DNA of 64,000 nucleotides, from positions 72,542,001 through 72,606,000 of the forward strand of contig CM052816.1 of the NCBI GenBank assembly GCA_028534125.1. The letters run 5' to 3'. The stretch's first letter is position 1. The number at the start of each line of letters is the position of its first letter. The position numbers and the translations under genes are program-made. Of the stretch, positions 1 through 15,479 are shown one piece after another. Under the pieces are notes generated by a model. The model was not told the origin of the DNA and did no database searches. It worked only from the letters and a program-made list of their open reading frames with translations. Source of the DNA: Lama glama. Its lineage: Eukaryota.

Positions 1-1347
1 TCTAACCTAAAGCCTGTTTACTTTACAGGATTTTATTTGCTTTCCACATAGATTATGCAGAAATCAATGAACGTGCCTGTGATCCGAACAGTGCTGAATG
101 ATTTATTTGGCTTCAACTGATAAAAAGAGGTGTTGGCTTGTTTGGTTGGTGTGTTTTATACAGGGTCATAGTGAGCTATTGGAGTCGTCATTTAGAAAAG
201 TGTCTGTGTGAGGTTACAAACTATGGTTCTTTTGGTACTTTGCATCATCCTGGCTGCTTAGACACTGAGGAAACTAAAACATATCAGATTTGGGAGAATC
301 TGCATTAATCCAGAGAGGCACCTGTATGCTGAGGAAGGTAATCTCCAAATTCTGGTGCCCTGTGGATCAAATCAGGCAGACATTCTGCCACCAGAGTCAG
401 GTGTAACTTTAAAAAAGGGAATAACTTTTTAGGAAAAAATACACTGAGGAAATCAATTCTCAAAATGGAAGGAAAAAAAGGAGGAGGAAAAAATATATTT
501 ATGATACATACCTAGGTATTATATCTATACATCTACATATATATAAAATACAGTTTTTAAAGCTGTTTCCTGAGTGCATGAGAAAATCAGATATCATTAT
601 TGTACCAAATATATCCCCTAGCATCCATGAGTATGCCTTGAACTGAATAAAAGTCAATCTTTTTCTAGTTGTATTGGCACTCAGAAGTTATGGAATGGGT
701 GTCCATAATTAATCCTTTAATTAATTTGTCAAAGCAAACCTTTTCACAGTTGAATTGTGTAGCAACTTCCTGGCAAACTGAGGGAAAAGAGTAGAAGCAG
801 ATCTAACAGTCATTTCAGGTGGGAAAAAAAGGCTTTCCAATAGAACGTAGAATTTCTATTACATAAAATCAATGAAGAGATGATGTTTTAAAATTTTGTT
901 TGTTTTAAAACATCATATAAAGCAATGTATAAAATGCTAAGGCTCTTTTCTAGCTAGAATTATGCTGTAGATTCATAGTTTCTAGACATAGTTTACAGAG
1001 CACTATTTCAGATTATGTAAATAGATACAGAAAAAGTTGTAATTTGTGAAGTGAATTTATATCTCAGTCTAGAAACTTCTGTTCATAGCACCTTGTAAAT
1101 GATACTGAAAATTCTGTAGAAAAGAAAAGCATAATATTTCCTAATTGTTAGCCATAAAACACTTTTTTCCTCAGCACATTTGTAGAGGAATACCAAAACA
1201 CTATAGACTTACCATAAATTTGAAGAAAAATTTTGTATACCTGGGGTCTGGAAATGCAGAGATACATAAGTCACAGTGACTATTTTTGAGAAGGGGACAG
1301 GCAGATTCATCATAATGAACCACAACAATTATAGATATACATTTGTT

Positions 1348-1375
1348 GATGATGGTGATGATGATGATGATGATG

Positions 1376-1417
<42 letters not shown>
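1348..1417. repeat. Compound microsatellite (GAT)n(AAT)n
   Basis: About 10 GAT units (one GGT) directly followed by about 13 AAT units. Confidence 0.95.
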
Positions 1418-1420
<3 letters not shown>

Positions 1421-4400
1421 TCATGTCTCCAAAGTAGTAAAGAGATAGGACTGATCACCTTGCCAAAGAGTTATGGCCTCACAGAGTAAGTGAAAGTAAG
1501 ATTTGGGAGAAAAATGAGTTTGAAACTGTTGGGAAAAGCATTTCAGTCAGAGGAAACAGAGCTATAAATCCCTGAAATTTTTTAAGCAAGGAAGATGCAA
1601 ATCAAATTTAATTTTTAGATAAATAAACCTGACAGAAAATTAAGGCTGAATAGGAGAGAATGGTGACACAGTTCAGAGGATGTAGTCATTTTGTGACTAA
1701 GGAAATTACTAGTGCCCTCCCTCCTCACTTGACTGGTGCAGTCCTCCCACCTTTGGGGCTGAGAGGGATTTGATGTACAAAATAACACTAAATTCATCAC
1801 TTAAGCTTGTAACTAAAGCTCCTTTTATTTCCAATTCATCTAGATGGTGAGTTAAGTTGGGTTTTTATGGGTGGGTATAGAAAGATGACACCTGTGTCTA
1901 TGGCATCTAAGATTCATAACATTGAGGAACAAATGTTTTCATAGGCCAGCGACTGCCTGTATCATTGTATGTTTTTAGGAGCTAGGATCTGACTTATTCT
2001 GTCTCTAGGCAGCAGGATGTGTGAGAACTGCTGAAAAATAAGTAAGCCCTCATGCACTCTGGAACTGGCAAAGACAGAAAGGTGCCATCAAGCTGCATTC
2101 CAAATTGAAGGGCAGCTGAGAGACAACAAAGTCGAAACTTCCGGGTGATAGTGAAGCATGGATTTCCCACTCACATCACAGCTGGCTTCTCCAGTTGTCT
2201 CATCAATGTCACCTCCAAAGCATTCTTTCCCTGAGATAATTTGGCAGAATCTCCAACCCTGGAATATTGGAATGCGGTCATTCTATCAGCATAGAAGTTA
2301 GCTCCCAGTAAGCCCATGTGGCTATTGGATATAGGAGTGACTGCGGGAGGGTGATTCTGAGCAGCTTGGAGAGTAAAACCTCTTTATGGGCATAATAATT
2401 TGTTACTCAGGATTTTGAAAGCAGTTTATGCTATTTTTCCGGCAGTAAAAAGCTCCTCGAGCCCTCTGATTTTGTTAGCCTATTTTATTTTGTTTTGCTT
2501 TTCTTTTCATTTCATTGAAATAAAACTATTTAAAGCAATGGAACACCTATCAGGAAAAGAATCTGGCAGACCATAAAGCAGTGTGTACCAAAAGGCTGAA
2601 TTTGAGAATAGAATTGTTCTATTCACAAATCAGAGCACTCTGCCATCTTGTCTCAACAGTGGGCCTATTGGGCAGAATTCATGATATTTAATTTAGGATA
2701 ATCTGTGGGAACAGCTAGTCAGTTCCAGTAACTTCTACAAAGCTACCCTTATGATTACATAACAAGTGGCTATCATGGTATGGAGTTTATTTGCTGCCAG
2801 TTTAAAAAGAGAGAGCTGCTTCTAAAAAATTCTAATAGGATACTTAGAAAGTATAATAATAGACTTAGGAGGTTCCAGTTGTGGGCCCAGACACAGTAGA
2901 ATAAAGGTGGGCTAGTTGTGGCACTAGGGACAAGGGTAAGGGCTGATCCTCATCCTGCGACCTAAGATGAAGTTGACCATTGAAACTGTCTACCCATATT
3001 TACAGAACAACCATTCAAAGACAGACATGTTGGGGTGGGGGAAGATTCCCAGTTACCCATATCAGTCGACCATGTCTTTTGTTCATAAATATAAATTGAC
3101 AACCAAGGATCACTAGACACATGGAGAAAATCAACAGCATAAGAGAGAAATGCCTAGATGAACAAACATAACAACTAATAATAAAAAGAAAAAAAGTCAC
3201 TTTGGAATGAGAGTAAACAATAAAACTGTAATTTCTATATTCAGATTGGCTTGAATAAAGAGTACATCTATTAAACAAGAATAGTTTGCTTTAAAACAGA
3301 ATTATGACAGCACAAGAAAAGGTTGTTTCCAAAAAGACAGTAATTTCACCGCTCCCCCCTACCTCAAATTAATAGCAGTACTAAAAGACGTAGGGGAGGA
3401 AATTTAAAATGCAGAGCAAAGCAACATAAAGACAGAAATCAGGGGGAAATGTAAGATGTGTAGGCAATCAAGCCTGGAAGCCCAGCATTTATCTAACAAT
3501 AGATTTAAAGGCAAGAGAGAGCAAAGAAATGGTGAGGAGAAAAACAGTAACAAAAACGTTTTAGTGAAATAGAAGAGAAGGATGTGTAAGAGTGTTTTAA
3601 CAGCACATTTTCTTTCCCGAAATAAACAAACCAAAAGAACAAAAAATAAAAAAGCAAGTTACAGAATATTTATAGTGTGCATTGCCATTATAAAAAATTC
3701 TTTAATATGCAATATTACAGTATTGCAATGTTATAGGAAATAACACTCTTGTAAAACCTTAGTATATGTTCTTTACTGATGTATGGGGATTGAGAAAAAT
3801 CATAGAAATTTGCAAGAAAAAATGATAAGCATAAAACATAGTGGTGGTTAACGCTGGGGAGGGAGGGAGGACAATGGTTTAGAGGAGTTATATATACTGG
3901 GGTCTCAAATGTATCAGTAAATGATTAACTCTGTAAACCAAATATAAGCAAATATGCCATCATTTTATGATTGATACAGCTCAGTGGTGGGTTCAGGGAT
4001 ATTATATTTTTTCTATATTTTAATGATTTGATAGAATTCATAATTTTTTAAATAAAGTGGAATTCTAACTATGCAACCATTGCCATGAACTTCCTGAGAA
4101 AATGCCTTTCAAGAACATACCTTTATATGTACTGTTTCTTCCTCCTTGTCTATCACCTACTGCTGTGATAAATTTAAAACTAGGGAGATCATCTTGGGGA
4201 AGAAATTGAAAACAAAATGAAATTGAAGGGATAGCTGCTGTCACATTTATGAGAAGTAGCAAACACTGAAAAGCCTTATGAGAAGCCTAGCAAATTTACT
4301 GGGTTCATATGAGATTTTACCTATTTCCTTAGGGTGGGAAGACTTTTGAGAGCAAAATCAATCTGTCTGTGTGTTGATGAAGCTTATTGACTCAAGAGTA

Positions 4401-5939
4401 AACTGCTTAATGAATTGGGAATAAAGAGACTATGATGATTTCCTCAAAAGAATTTTATCATTTCTACCTGATTCACCCAGAATCTTAAGGGTATTCAGAA
4501 TTGTATTTAGTTTGTGCATGTAATAATGAAAAATTTCAATCATTTTGCCTCTTGAGGTCATTGTGAAATGCTGTATTTTTTTCATGTACATTTGGGGAAC
4601 TTTTTAAATTAAATATTCATTACTGGTCCTTATTCATTTTCAAATCAGTAGCAGAAAATAAAGGCAGAAGAGATGGCAATACAAGTAAATGGTTTGAACT
4701 GAGCAGGTAAATATTCTTTCTCCCCATTCACAGGAAGCTGTATGTAGAGCATGCTGCATAAATCTTGATACATCTATATGCTAAGAGAAGTACTCTGATA
4801 AAGATTCTGCAAATATAAAGAGGTAGCTAGATGACAGACAGGTAGATTATAGATAGGCAGACATTTCACGTATGTCTACAGATAGTGATGTGAGATGGAT
4901 ACAGATGTAAACATAAATTATATAAAGATTCACGGAGACAGAGTTAGCTAGGGAAAATGCACTTGATCAATGCCCTCTACATCAAGGAAGGTATAGAGTT
5001 AAAGTATAATTCAGGTGGAATGCGATGTCATGATTAGCTAGTTAGAAACATAGAACATGGGAGGTGGAGCTGAATATTTCTGTAGTTTTCAAGTGACTTT
5101 TCAGTTCACACAGAGCTCCCTTGGATGAGCTTCTGAATCCTTTCTCTTCTGTCTTCATTCCTCTTCTTAAACAATCTCATCTGCTCAGTCTTTTTCATAC
5201 CCTTGTCCTACTCATCTCTGTTCTAGAGATGGCCTCAGAATCTCAAAAATCATGCACAGAATTTGTGCTTCCAGGAAGAGTCACAGTAGGTCCTTGCAAT
5301 TTCCATGGCAGGGACTATTAACTTTCACATAATTTAGAATTAAGCCTCTACAACTTTGGTGGAGTGTCCGAAGCGGAGCACATACTCTCCAGGGCTGCAC
5401 CACATGATCTGTCCGAGTTCAGGATACAATTTTAACAATTCTATTTATATTCAGTTTTTATAAATCCTTTGTAATATATATTTTTATAATGCTCTATATT
5501 GTAATAATATACACACATGTAGTAGTACATAAAATATAAGTATAAATGGATAAATGTACATATATTGCAGGTTCAGTTTGTTTAACTGAGAGAAGTGGAA
5601 ACTTAGAAGCCTATCAAAGACAACTCTGGAGAATAAAAAACTATCTCTGATATTGTTTAACTTAATGTTTTAATTTTGCTGCATTTTATAGAATAACAAT
5701 AGCATCAGGAAAATGCTGTTTTTTTATACATCTTGACAAATTTGCTTTTCCAACTAAGAATAAAGAGAAAGAAAGAAGGGGCAACCCTCCCCCCACTACC
5801 TCATCCTGTCCTAGAAAGGAAATATTAAAGAGAGAAAACAAATTTAAAGATAGCAAAGAGCTGTGATTTTCAAAGAACAGCTGCTCTCACAGGCAAAGTA
5901 AAGTGTCCAGAAAGAACATTGGGTGATCAGATTGCCTTT

Positions 5940-6410
5940 AATGTGCTGGGTTCTGATTGGTCTCCCTGCTTCCCTCCTGTCTCCTCCAGACTCTGCCACA
6001 TATCAGCCACCAGGATCTTTTGTCTTCATAAATCAGAGCATGTCATTCTCCTGGTCTCAGTCTTCCCTTTCTGCCCATCTCAGTATAAAAGCTAAAATCC
6101 TTACCATGTGCACAGAGTCTTGCTTATCATCTGTCCCTGGTTACCCCTCTGATACCATTTCTTCCTCACTTTAACCTTTGCTCAGTATCTCAATCCAACA
6201 AACGCCTTCCCTCCTGCCTCAGGGATTTGCATTTCCTATTCTCTGTGTTCAGTAGTCTTCTGCATACTTGTGTGGTTCCCTTCCTCTCCTTTATTCATAC
6301 TTCCTATTAAGTGGCCCCACCTTTCCGAATGATCATTGTAACTGAACTAAGATCCCCGTGTCATTTTGTATCCTCTTATTTTTCACTTACTACTTGGCAC
6401 ACTGTACAGG
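5940..6410 (+). mobile_element. L2 fragment
   Basis: TCTCCCTGCTTCC, ATCAGAGCATGTCATTCTCCTG and ATAAAAGCTAAAATCCTTACCATG L2 motifs. Confidence 0.65.
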
Positions 6411-7199
6411 TATAGGATTAAAAAAATGAACAGGGGAAATTCATTCAGTCCTTTGACTTCAAATTTCTTATCTAAAAATACGGAAGAGTTAAACAGAATT
6501 AATTTCTAGGACCTTGTAAAGACCCATGGAAGTTTGTAACGAATGTACATTTGTCAGATTTAGTTTGATTTACTGGCATCGTTCGCTTACTCAGCAATCA
6601 CATTTAGAGGAAGCTTTTTGGTGGATTTATACTTTTCCTCCAACTAATGTTTAGTTTTAGATGAATGAAACTTTTGAAGCAGGTTTCCTTTCAGATAAAG
6701 AGGAGGGGAGTAAATGAGATGATGTGGAAAGCCAAAGGCCCCTTCCCAATATTTTTAAGTATATAGAAGTTATAAATCAAACTATTCTCATATCCCAAAC
6801 TAGTTTCTTTCAGTTCCTCCACCCGCATCCAAAACAGTTCCTGGGGTATACACCTTGGGATCTGGAGTCTGAAAGGGCAGCAGTTTTCCCCAGCCATCCC
6901 TGCTGTCTAGAAGCCCAAGTGGTGGTAGGGACCCGGTGTGACAAGGCACGGTGGAGGTAGGGCTTTGGTGGCCACAGAGCCTGCCTGAAACTCTGATGGA
7001 GGCTGACCAAGCCAAACTCCCCAAAGAGCCGGAAAGAGGAGCTACTCCAACTTATCACTTTTCTGAATCAAAATTTCTGGGCAGTTCTAAGAGCTATGGC
7101 AACCATCTTCAAAGATTTGGGACAGGGAAACGAAGGAAAGTAGTCACTTTTTCTGTTTTCTCCAGACAAAGGCTATGATTTTCTCATCTCACCTTCCTC

Positions 7200-7202
<3 letters not shown>

Positions 7203-7242
<40 letters not shown>
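7203..7242. repeat. (AC)20 microsatellite
   Basis: Perfect AC run. Confidence 0.97.
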
Positions 7243-7244
<2 letters not shown>

Positions 7245-8129
7245 CTACCTGTTCTAGCCTGAGTGGCCCAGTTTGCTTGGGTGTTCATCTCCTGAAGTTT
7301 TCATCATAGTCCGAATTGTTACCAAACTTCCCAAAACGTTTCTTAGGTTTATTTGTGTGTCCATACTTGCAATATGTAGGATCCTCTCAGGATTGGGGTC
7401 CAGAGCAAAGGTCCCTGTTGCCCACGTCTGAGGGCAGAACCAGTAAACCATATCATGCTGATTATTTGGAGAATTGCCCAGTTCTCAGGGGTTCACTGAC
7501 TCACTCTGGCTTTTGGACATAACACTTAACATCTCAATAATGTTATTTCTTTCCTGGTCGTTTTAAAAAATAAAAACAGTCTCTACAACTATTATGAGGG
7601 TATACATATTATATATGTTAGTTTTAATGCTTAGAAATCACTTCAAGGAAATCTGAAATAATTCAGAAAGGTTGATGTCATAAGAAACCTGCCCCCAAGA
7701 TGTTTTACAGAAACTCCTAACATTTGAGTCTAAAATTTTTATTAAATAATGTGTAATTTGCATCCTACTATATCAAAAAACTCCTTTCTTAAGTGAATCT
7801 AAGTTTAATTCTAAGTTGATGTAATTAGTTGCTTGGTAAAATACATTAAACCTTAAAATAGTAGTTATCAAATGATTCTCATTTAGTATAATTGGACTTT
7901 CTTTAAGATCACAGACTGGACCATTGTATGTGCGGGTGGAGCTGGGTAAGACAGCCACCTTAAGACATAATAATAGTTGTAATAATGAGAATAGTAATAT
8001 TTCAAAAGCTCTAAACATTTCTTATAAGTTAAATGTTAGATATATTAAGTTTTCATTTAAAGATGGCATATTAACACATATGCTAACCTTAGCTTTATTG
8101 AAAGGTTGATTCTAAACAATAAAAATGTC

Positions 8130-8460
8130 AACATACTTACTGAGTTCCTATTTAGGTTAAGGCATAGTGCTGAGTGTTATGGGGAGATACAAAGACGGGG
8201 AAAACAGCTCCTGATCCTAAGAAAAATATACTGTGACAAATACATAAATTAGTATCGCATAACCCTAAGTCCAATTAACATGTTTATAAAATCTCAAAAA
8301 GCTTTTTTGTATGTATTGTCATCCTGAAAAATACGTAACCATTCCTTATAATTAATCATTTTACAGATAAGGTTATGACTTGATTGCTGGTACAAGTTAG
8401 CAAAAGAGAGGCCTGACGTTGGAGCCTTAAGTCTTGGATTCCAAACTGAGTGCTTTTCAA
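8130..8460 (-). mobile_element. L2 tail fragment followed by a degraded MIR
   Basis: CATACTTACTGAGTTCCTA...GGCATAGTGCTGAG (L2), then CATTTTACAGATAAGG...TCTTGGATTCCAAA (MIR). Confidence 0.5.
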
Positions 8461-11400
8461 TCATGTGATGCTTTCTCTTTCAGATGAGACACAGTGAATC
8501 TTACAGGGCAAGATATTTTGGTTCTGGCGAAACCTCTGTTTGGCTGATGACAGTGGATGTTAGAGAAATCAAATTTATTTTAAGTCTAAGCAATGTATTA
8601 TTAAATAATATTGTCATCAATTATGAACCTTATAAATGAGACAGGTTATCTGATCTGCTTTCTAAATGGGAGCTGACTAGTCTTAAGGAATTTCTCAGGC
8701 ATGAGTTGAGGGTGGGTGAAGGTTCATTTGTTCTGTAGGGCTATGTTTCGTGAAACAATTAATACAGGGTCTGCAGTTTGTAAGTGCTCAATATATAATA
8801 GCTATTATTATTTTTTAGCTCCTTTTGAGTTCCCAAGAGAGCCAAGTAAAGCTTCGACTCAAACAGAAATACCAGACAGTAGACACCAAGCTCCCTGCCC
8901 AGCAAGGCAAGGGACAGGTATCTCACAAAGTGCCTCTTGCCCAGGGCCAGGGACGTTTGCCAGGGAGCTTGCTGGTGAGAGACTTGTTGCAGTAATTGTC
9001 CTTAGAGGTTCTAATTCATCATGAATTCTTAACTGCCAGAAGGGAGAAAGACAAAAGATAGGAGGAAGAACATTTAACATACTGTGCTAATGATTGCCTG
9101 ATTCTGTCTGGAGTTGCCTTCCACCTGGTAGGGGAGGGAAGTTTCAAAGCTGGCACCAAGTTCACACAACCTGTACCGGGAACTGCAGGGATCACCCACC
9201 TTTATCCAGTAAAGAAACAAATCAACCTCAGGGAATCTCAGTTCTGTTATTTTACAAATAATTTTTTTTCGTGGCTGCAATTGTATTTTCTCTTTTTCTG
9301 TTGATTTCTGCAAGGCACGCTCTGCTTTGCTCACAATCAGTAAACTTCCTCATGTTTGATTTTGTCAGTGTCCACCCTAGACCGTGACCTTCCAATGTAG
9401 AGGCCAGTGTATTCTTTTCATTTCAGTCATCCTCCGGCCCTATGATGATGCCATGCATATAGCACTTAACCAATGAATGATTATAACAGTACTAAGTTAC
9501 ATACACAAGGAGTCCAACTGATAATCTCATGAAACTATTTAGACATTTAAAAAAATAATTGAGTGAGCATGGTTCTGTTATATAATCCAACTATAAATAC
9601 TGTAACAAACACTGGAAGCAATCCACTGAAAATTGAAAAGAAGCCCTGGCATTATAAGCATAGTTTTCAATTTGTAGATTCTACAAAGATCCGAAGATTA
9701 TAAGAATAGATAGAACAATTAAGCTTTGTCCTGATAAATCGGCCTCAAAACTTAGAATCAGACATTTTCTAGTGGCTGGAGTACTCTCTGTAGGATGTAA
9801 TTTTGCTTGTTTTGAAACGACTAAATTCTTCATGTGACATGTGGGAGTTGATTTTTGGACCATTATGTTCTAGCTGGTAAAAGAACATAATACATTAAAC
9901 CGCATGTGAAGTTTTCTATAAATAGTTCCTTATGTCATATTTGTAGGACAGAGGCCTGCAAATGGAAGTTTGATTTCATAATTACGTTGTGTATATGGTT
10001 TATACTGGATCTGTGCAACATAAAAGTTTATCTTCAGTTCACGCTGGACTGTCAGTCAGTATTTTCCTCTAGCAGAGAACAATTTAGTCTGTTGCATGTT
10101 AACCAGTTGGCTACGTCTTCTTAACTGCTAATTGGTGTTAGATAAAACAATGATTTCAGTTAAACAAATGACTTATTTGAGGCATGTTAAAACAGTTCAA
10201 CTTGTTTTTACATTAGAAAGCATTTATTTCAACCTTATTTTCAGTATTTTTTTTTCACTCTTAATCACAGTTCAAGATTATTAGAATACCTCACAGATTA
10301 TAAAGGTAGAACATCAGGTAAATGATACTTCTTCCCCACTCCTTTTCCATTTTTATGCACTCTCTCTTTACTACCTTTGACTTTTAGAACACAACAGTGT
10401 TTGGTACATAGAAAATATTTACTAAATTTTCATCAATTGAATTAATCAACAAATGGATCCTAACAAAGAACATCTATCTGCCCACAGGTTTTTCTTTGGA
10501 AGATGAAATGTAATGATATTTAAGTTGGTAATTTGATGTCACTCTGTCCTTTATTTTTGAGGATGCTTTATTCTGTCCTCTTGAAAGAGACTGGAACCAC
10601 ACCAAGGCTTCCTTAGGCTACTGCAGATATTTCAACTGAAGTCCAGATGCAAATTAGGTAGGGTACTGGTTTTCATCCAGGTTCTGATCCAGTGCAGCAG
10701 AGTCTTACGTGAGCTATGCTCAGATTGTTGGATCAAGGCATCCTGGAAAAGGATCAAAACTTTTGGGAGAATAGCTCGGTGTAGTAGTGTATGCCAGGAA
10801 ACGTATACAAGTGGTTCTAATTTTCCAATATTCATTTTCAGTGTTCCCATGGTTACAAGGTAAATTGAGAAGCAAAATAATTACAAGGCAACATAATTCA
10901 TTAATGAACCGACCACTTATAAAATTAGTCTGAATTCAAATTTCCTTTCTCCATTGTGTTTATATGGTCAGTGTTTTGTGAAGTATTGGCTGCTTGCAAC
11001 AGTATATAATGCAGTGTGGAGCAAACTGATGACAAAGTAAAATTGGCAACATCAAGATTTTATGAAACCAATAATATGATGCTGGACAACTGCTGAAATC
11101 CAATGCCAAACTATTACCCAGTAAAGATATAATGGATTTAGAATAGACACATGAGTGAAAAAAACCCACTAATTCTAAGAGTAAACAAACAAAATGAATG
11201 AAGTTTGTATGTGTATGTCTGTGTGTGTGTGTGTTTGGATCAGGTAAATTTTGGGACAAAGTTGTATGAGAGAACAGTAGGTGTCTCAAAAGAGAACATT
11301 TTGACTATCAAGGAATTAAAATACCAGACAAAATGCTGATCAATCTTTTTGTGCACAAAAATATGATTTTCAAGGGGTAATTTAGCCTTGAAAGTCAAAT

Positions 11401-11599
11401 GTGATGTAAAGGCTGTAAATTTGTGGTACCATAAAACTTTGTCAGAAAAATTATTCCCCAATAAATGAAGACAAATACGTATTTGATTCATTCATTGTTC
11501 AAATATTAAGCTCATTTTGGTAATTACTCATTTTGTTAAATACAAAATAGTTTGAAAATTTTAGCTTCATTTTAAAATAGAAAATCCAAATTAAAACAT

Positions 11600-12960
11600 T
11601 AAAAATATTGAGTGCCCAATTTAAGTGGTCATTTTCCAGTATTGTTTATCCTTAAATAGCAAAAGATCTTATCTTTCTAAGCAGGATGCTGACAGTATCC
11701 AAAGATATGGACAACAATATGAATATTCTCCTACAGTTATCAATTGCATAAATTTCACATTGATTGAATACTTTTATCTAAACTACCATAAGTATTCCGG
11801 TTTTGTTGATTGACACAAAATGTTCATTATAGAATTGTTTTTCCTCCTGTATAAAATCCAGTCAAAAATCAGCTTTTGCGTTTAGTTTTGGTGGGTTGGA
11901 CTTCTTAATCTGAAACATTTTCATACTCTTTCTTTTTCATATCAGCATTTTTGAAAAACTCTCTCTCTCTTTCTCTCATTTTTAGCCTTGCTCTTCATTT
12001 TGGGATTTGGGTGATATATCTCATAATTAGATTCAGATTATGAGTTCTTGACTAGAGAGATACCAAAGGGATACTGTATCTTGCTCTGGGATTCACATTT
12101 GAAGGCACATGATGATGATTATCTGTCCGTTAGTGATGACAATGTTGATCAATAGGTCAAGGTTTCTCTACTCTATGGTTATTGCACTTTCTTTACAACT
12201 AGTAAGTACTCTGAAGGGTAGTCCTTACTAGTTCATACTAGTAAACCATTATTTTGATATTTTCCTGGAAACAAAAGGTCTTCCTCCCTACTTCCTGCTT
12301 ATTCATCTGTTTATCTTTTTTAAATTTATAATTTATTATTCTTCATTATTTTGATGCTCAGAGTGACCCAGATTTTGCCGGTGAGAGACCATTCAAGCTG
12401 GTTCCCATATCCTTGTGACAGGCTTACATAATTTTTTGATCACTTCCTTACTTTCTGATACAGCAAGATGTTCTAGACCCATCTTCCAACCCAATTGCTT
12501 CAGCCCTGCAGTCATTTTTACAAGGAACCCAGGATTATTTTAAGTGGGGAATAATAATAAAGAGATAATCTCTGGTCATTGTATGCTAATTTTTATTGTG
12601 ATGTCTTTACTTCTATGCTCCTTCAGTAGCCAGAACTAGGAAAATACACACACACACACACAAACTTACATATATATACATTCTCATATGTACATATACT
12701 GACATGCATACATATCCATGCACACATACATACTGTACAAATCGGGAGTTTGCACAGGAACATACAATTCCAATCAACTCACAGAGGTTTTTTTCTTTGT
12801 CTTCTCCATTCAGGAGAAGACAAAATGTGTGGTGGATCTTTTCTTCTACAGTGAGAGCTCTGGCTCCCAACCGCATTAAAACATTTGCTCAATCCTATAA
12901 TAGATCTAAAATCGTTTCAGAATCGCTTCATCCATAATTATTAATCATGTAACTCTGACC
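11600..12960 (-). mobile_element. Old L1 (L1MC/L1ME-like) 3' UTR
   Basis: TCATAATTAGATTCAGATTATG and TTTTGATGCTCAGAGTGACCCAGATTTTGCC...TTCAAGCTGGTTCC resemble L1MC/ME 3' regions. Confidence 0.6.
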
Positions 12961-13354
12961 ATACTAGCTTTTTTTTTTCTAATTCTGATCCAGCAGAAGT
13001 ATGCTTTATTACTTTTATTTGAAAATGAACTGCTTTTTCATCTTGTGGAGAGGATATATACTGGCACCCATCTGTTATTGTTGGTTTTAGGTTAATTTTG
13101 TATTGACAGGGAAATTACCTCCTTCCTCATGTATCAGAATTTATATCAAGTATTTTTTAAGTAACTCTGAGGTATCTGTAGAAAAGAGTGTTAGACATAA
13201 TTAAATTATAATACAGATTAGAGACCACAGCAGGACTTACCCAAGTAGCCTTCCTCTGTTTATTACCATATTCTCAAACCACTACTTCACTGAATGTTCC
13301 TTCATCACTTGCACTATCTTTTCAAAGTTACCTGTGAAGAACTAGAGAAAACCA

Positions 13355-13560
13355 CAGTATTAAGTGTAAAGACCATCCAATCAGACAAGTCTAGTTTTGA
13401 GGCCCTAACTTACCACTTACTAGATGAGTGACTTCGCTAAGCAACCATATATACAAACCTAGTTGAAAGACTTGTTCTGTGGATTAAATGAATAATTAAT
13501 GTAACAGTGCTTAGCATAAGGTCTGGCAGAAGTGAAGAGTTTAATGATCACCAGTATTAT
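13355..13560 (+). mobile_element. MIR SINE
   Basis: CCACTTACTAGATGAGTGACTT and GGATTAAATGAATAAT...GTAACAGTGCTTAGCA...TCTGGCA core and tail motifs. Confidence 0.75.
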
Positions 13561-15219
13561 TCTTATCTAAAAGGGTATAATATCTGCAGATATAGTTTAA
13601 TCCACCAGGAATCTCAGCACCTTACTATAAATTGTGACTCTGTAGTTTCCCATTTTAACTGTATTTCAGAGTTGAAATTTACCAAGTATATTGATTGCTG
13701 TATTTTTTCATTCAGACAGCCTTTCATTAACAGATGTGACACGGTCAGTTTTTAATTTCTTTTGTCTATTAGTTTATCATAAAATAACTATCATTTGCAA
13801 TTGCTCAAAACTATAAGATTGCCTAATTCTTAACTAGCATATAGATTCATTGTTCTTCAAATACATTCCAATAAAGAGATGATCTTAAAAATAAAAAGGT
13901 TGTAAAGTCTAAAAAAAGAAAAGCTTTTGAAAGGTAGAGGTGAGAGGAAGTCAGTCCATAAAATGCTGACCTTTCATCAAGTACTGATTTTTCTGCTTTC
14001 CTGTGGGAGCATTAAAGAGGGAGTGATCTCATAGATTTCAAATAATGTCATGACCTGTAGCTTCCTCCCCATATTTCTGCCAATTATGGAGACTTCCCTA
14101 TCATCCTCAGGATGTGCTTACCTGTTTTCCTATGCTAGGTTGACAGCTTGTTCTGTTCCCTTGGCCTTGACCTTGGCTTTGACATCCACAGGAGGTAGGC
14201 AGGCTGTCAATACTGACATCAGAATAGTGCAGAGACCTTCTGGCAGCTAGAATCTGGGACAACTTTGGCAGCTTCTGCAGATTTGTATTTTCCATGTGAT
14301 TATTCATCTGGCTCCCCCCATCCTAAAATGTTAGAAGGCATCCCAATGCAAGAGGGCTAATATATGTAATTAGAGAGGCGTGGTTTTTGCTATTCCCATC
14401 CCATCTGCAACAGCTTGAGTACCACGGCATTACTCATTTGGAGTCATAAGTCCTGACCTACTGGATACCCAAAGGGCTCAAAGGCTAGGGGTGGACAGCT
14501 TGGAAGGGAGCCAACATTGCTTCTGACCTTGGGTGGTCAAATCAGCCCAAACAATATTTATATTCTGCATCTCCCATTTAAAAAAAAAAAAGAGGATTTT
14601 AAAAGTCTCCACTTTTATGTGTTTCCATGTGACCCACTATTTTTAGCTATGTTTACTTTTATTTTTTTTACATTTTTTAATTTAGGGAGCAGTATAAGTG
14701 TAACAATATAGCATAGCAAATTAACAGTTCCCAAAAAAGACTCAAAAAGTCAAAAATATGAAAATGTATATTGGAAAAATGCTCTTTAGTTATTTCCATG
14801 CTAATAATAGAATACATTAATGTTCATTGTTAATAATTATGAGTAAGACAAGTGAAAAAAGTTCAGGAGGAATGAATTTGCAACCTTTTTGTTTCTTTCT
14901 GGAAAATTGCTCCCCCCTAATTGGCTTTATAATTTGGGCAAGTTGGTATTCTGAACAAATCAGGTGGTACCTAAAAACAGGTGTAGAAAAGATCATTGTC
15001 TTCGAAATTCTATTTAACAAAAACAAGAAAATTGACTGAGTTACAAAAACCAAATGATGAATAAAGCTTCCCGACAATGCCTCTATTCATGTTCTTGATA
15101 CTGAGGGAAACTTCCCAGAATATTTTCCCAGTGGTGACATCACACCTGAATGCTCTTCTGACCCTCTGTCCTCCACAATCATAACCACCGTGGTGTCTGG
15201 AAATGGAGAAAAGTTGTAA

Positions 15220-15335
15220 GGAGGGAGAGAAGAAAGAGGGAGGAAGAGAAAGAAGGAAGGAAGGAAAAAAGGAAGGAGGGGCAAGAGGGAAGGAGGGAGA
15301 GATAGAAAGAGGGAGACAGAGAGAAAAAGACAAGA
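15220..15335. repeat. Polypurine (GA-rich) low-complexity tract
   Basis: About 110 nt almost entirely G and A (GGAA/GAGA units). Confidence 0.85.
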
Positions 15336-15479
15336 AGACTGATGAAGAAGACAGAATAAAGGCATAAAAATGGAACAGAGGAAAGAGTACAATGAAGTAG
15401 TTTTATTTTGTTCTCACCAAGAATTTTTTTCTAAAGAAATGTAAAGCAATGTCATGAATAATTAGCAACAAAATTACCT

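Noticed and set aside
1201..1458. Poly-isoleucine ORF
   Set aside because: Translation artefact of the (GAT)n(AAT)n microsatellite.
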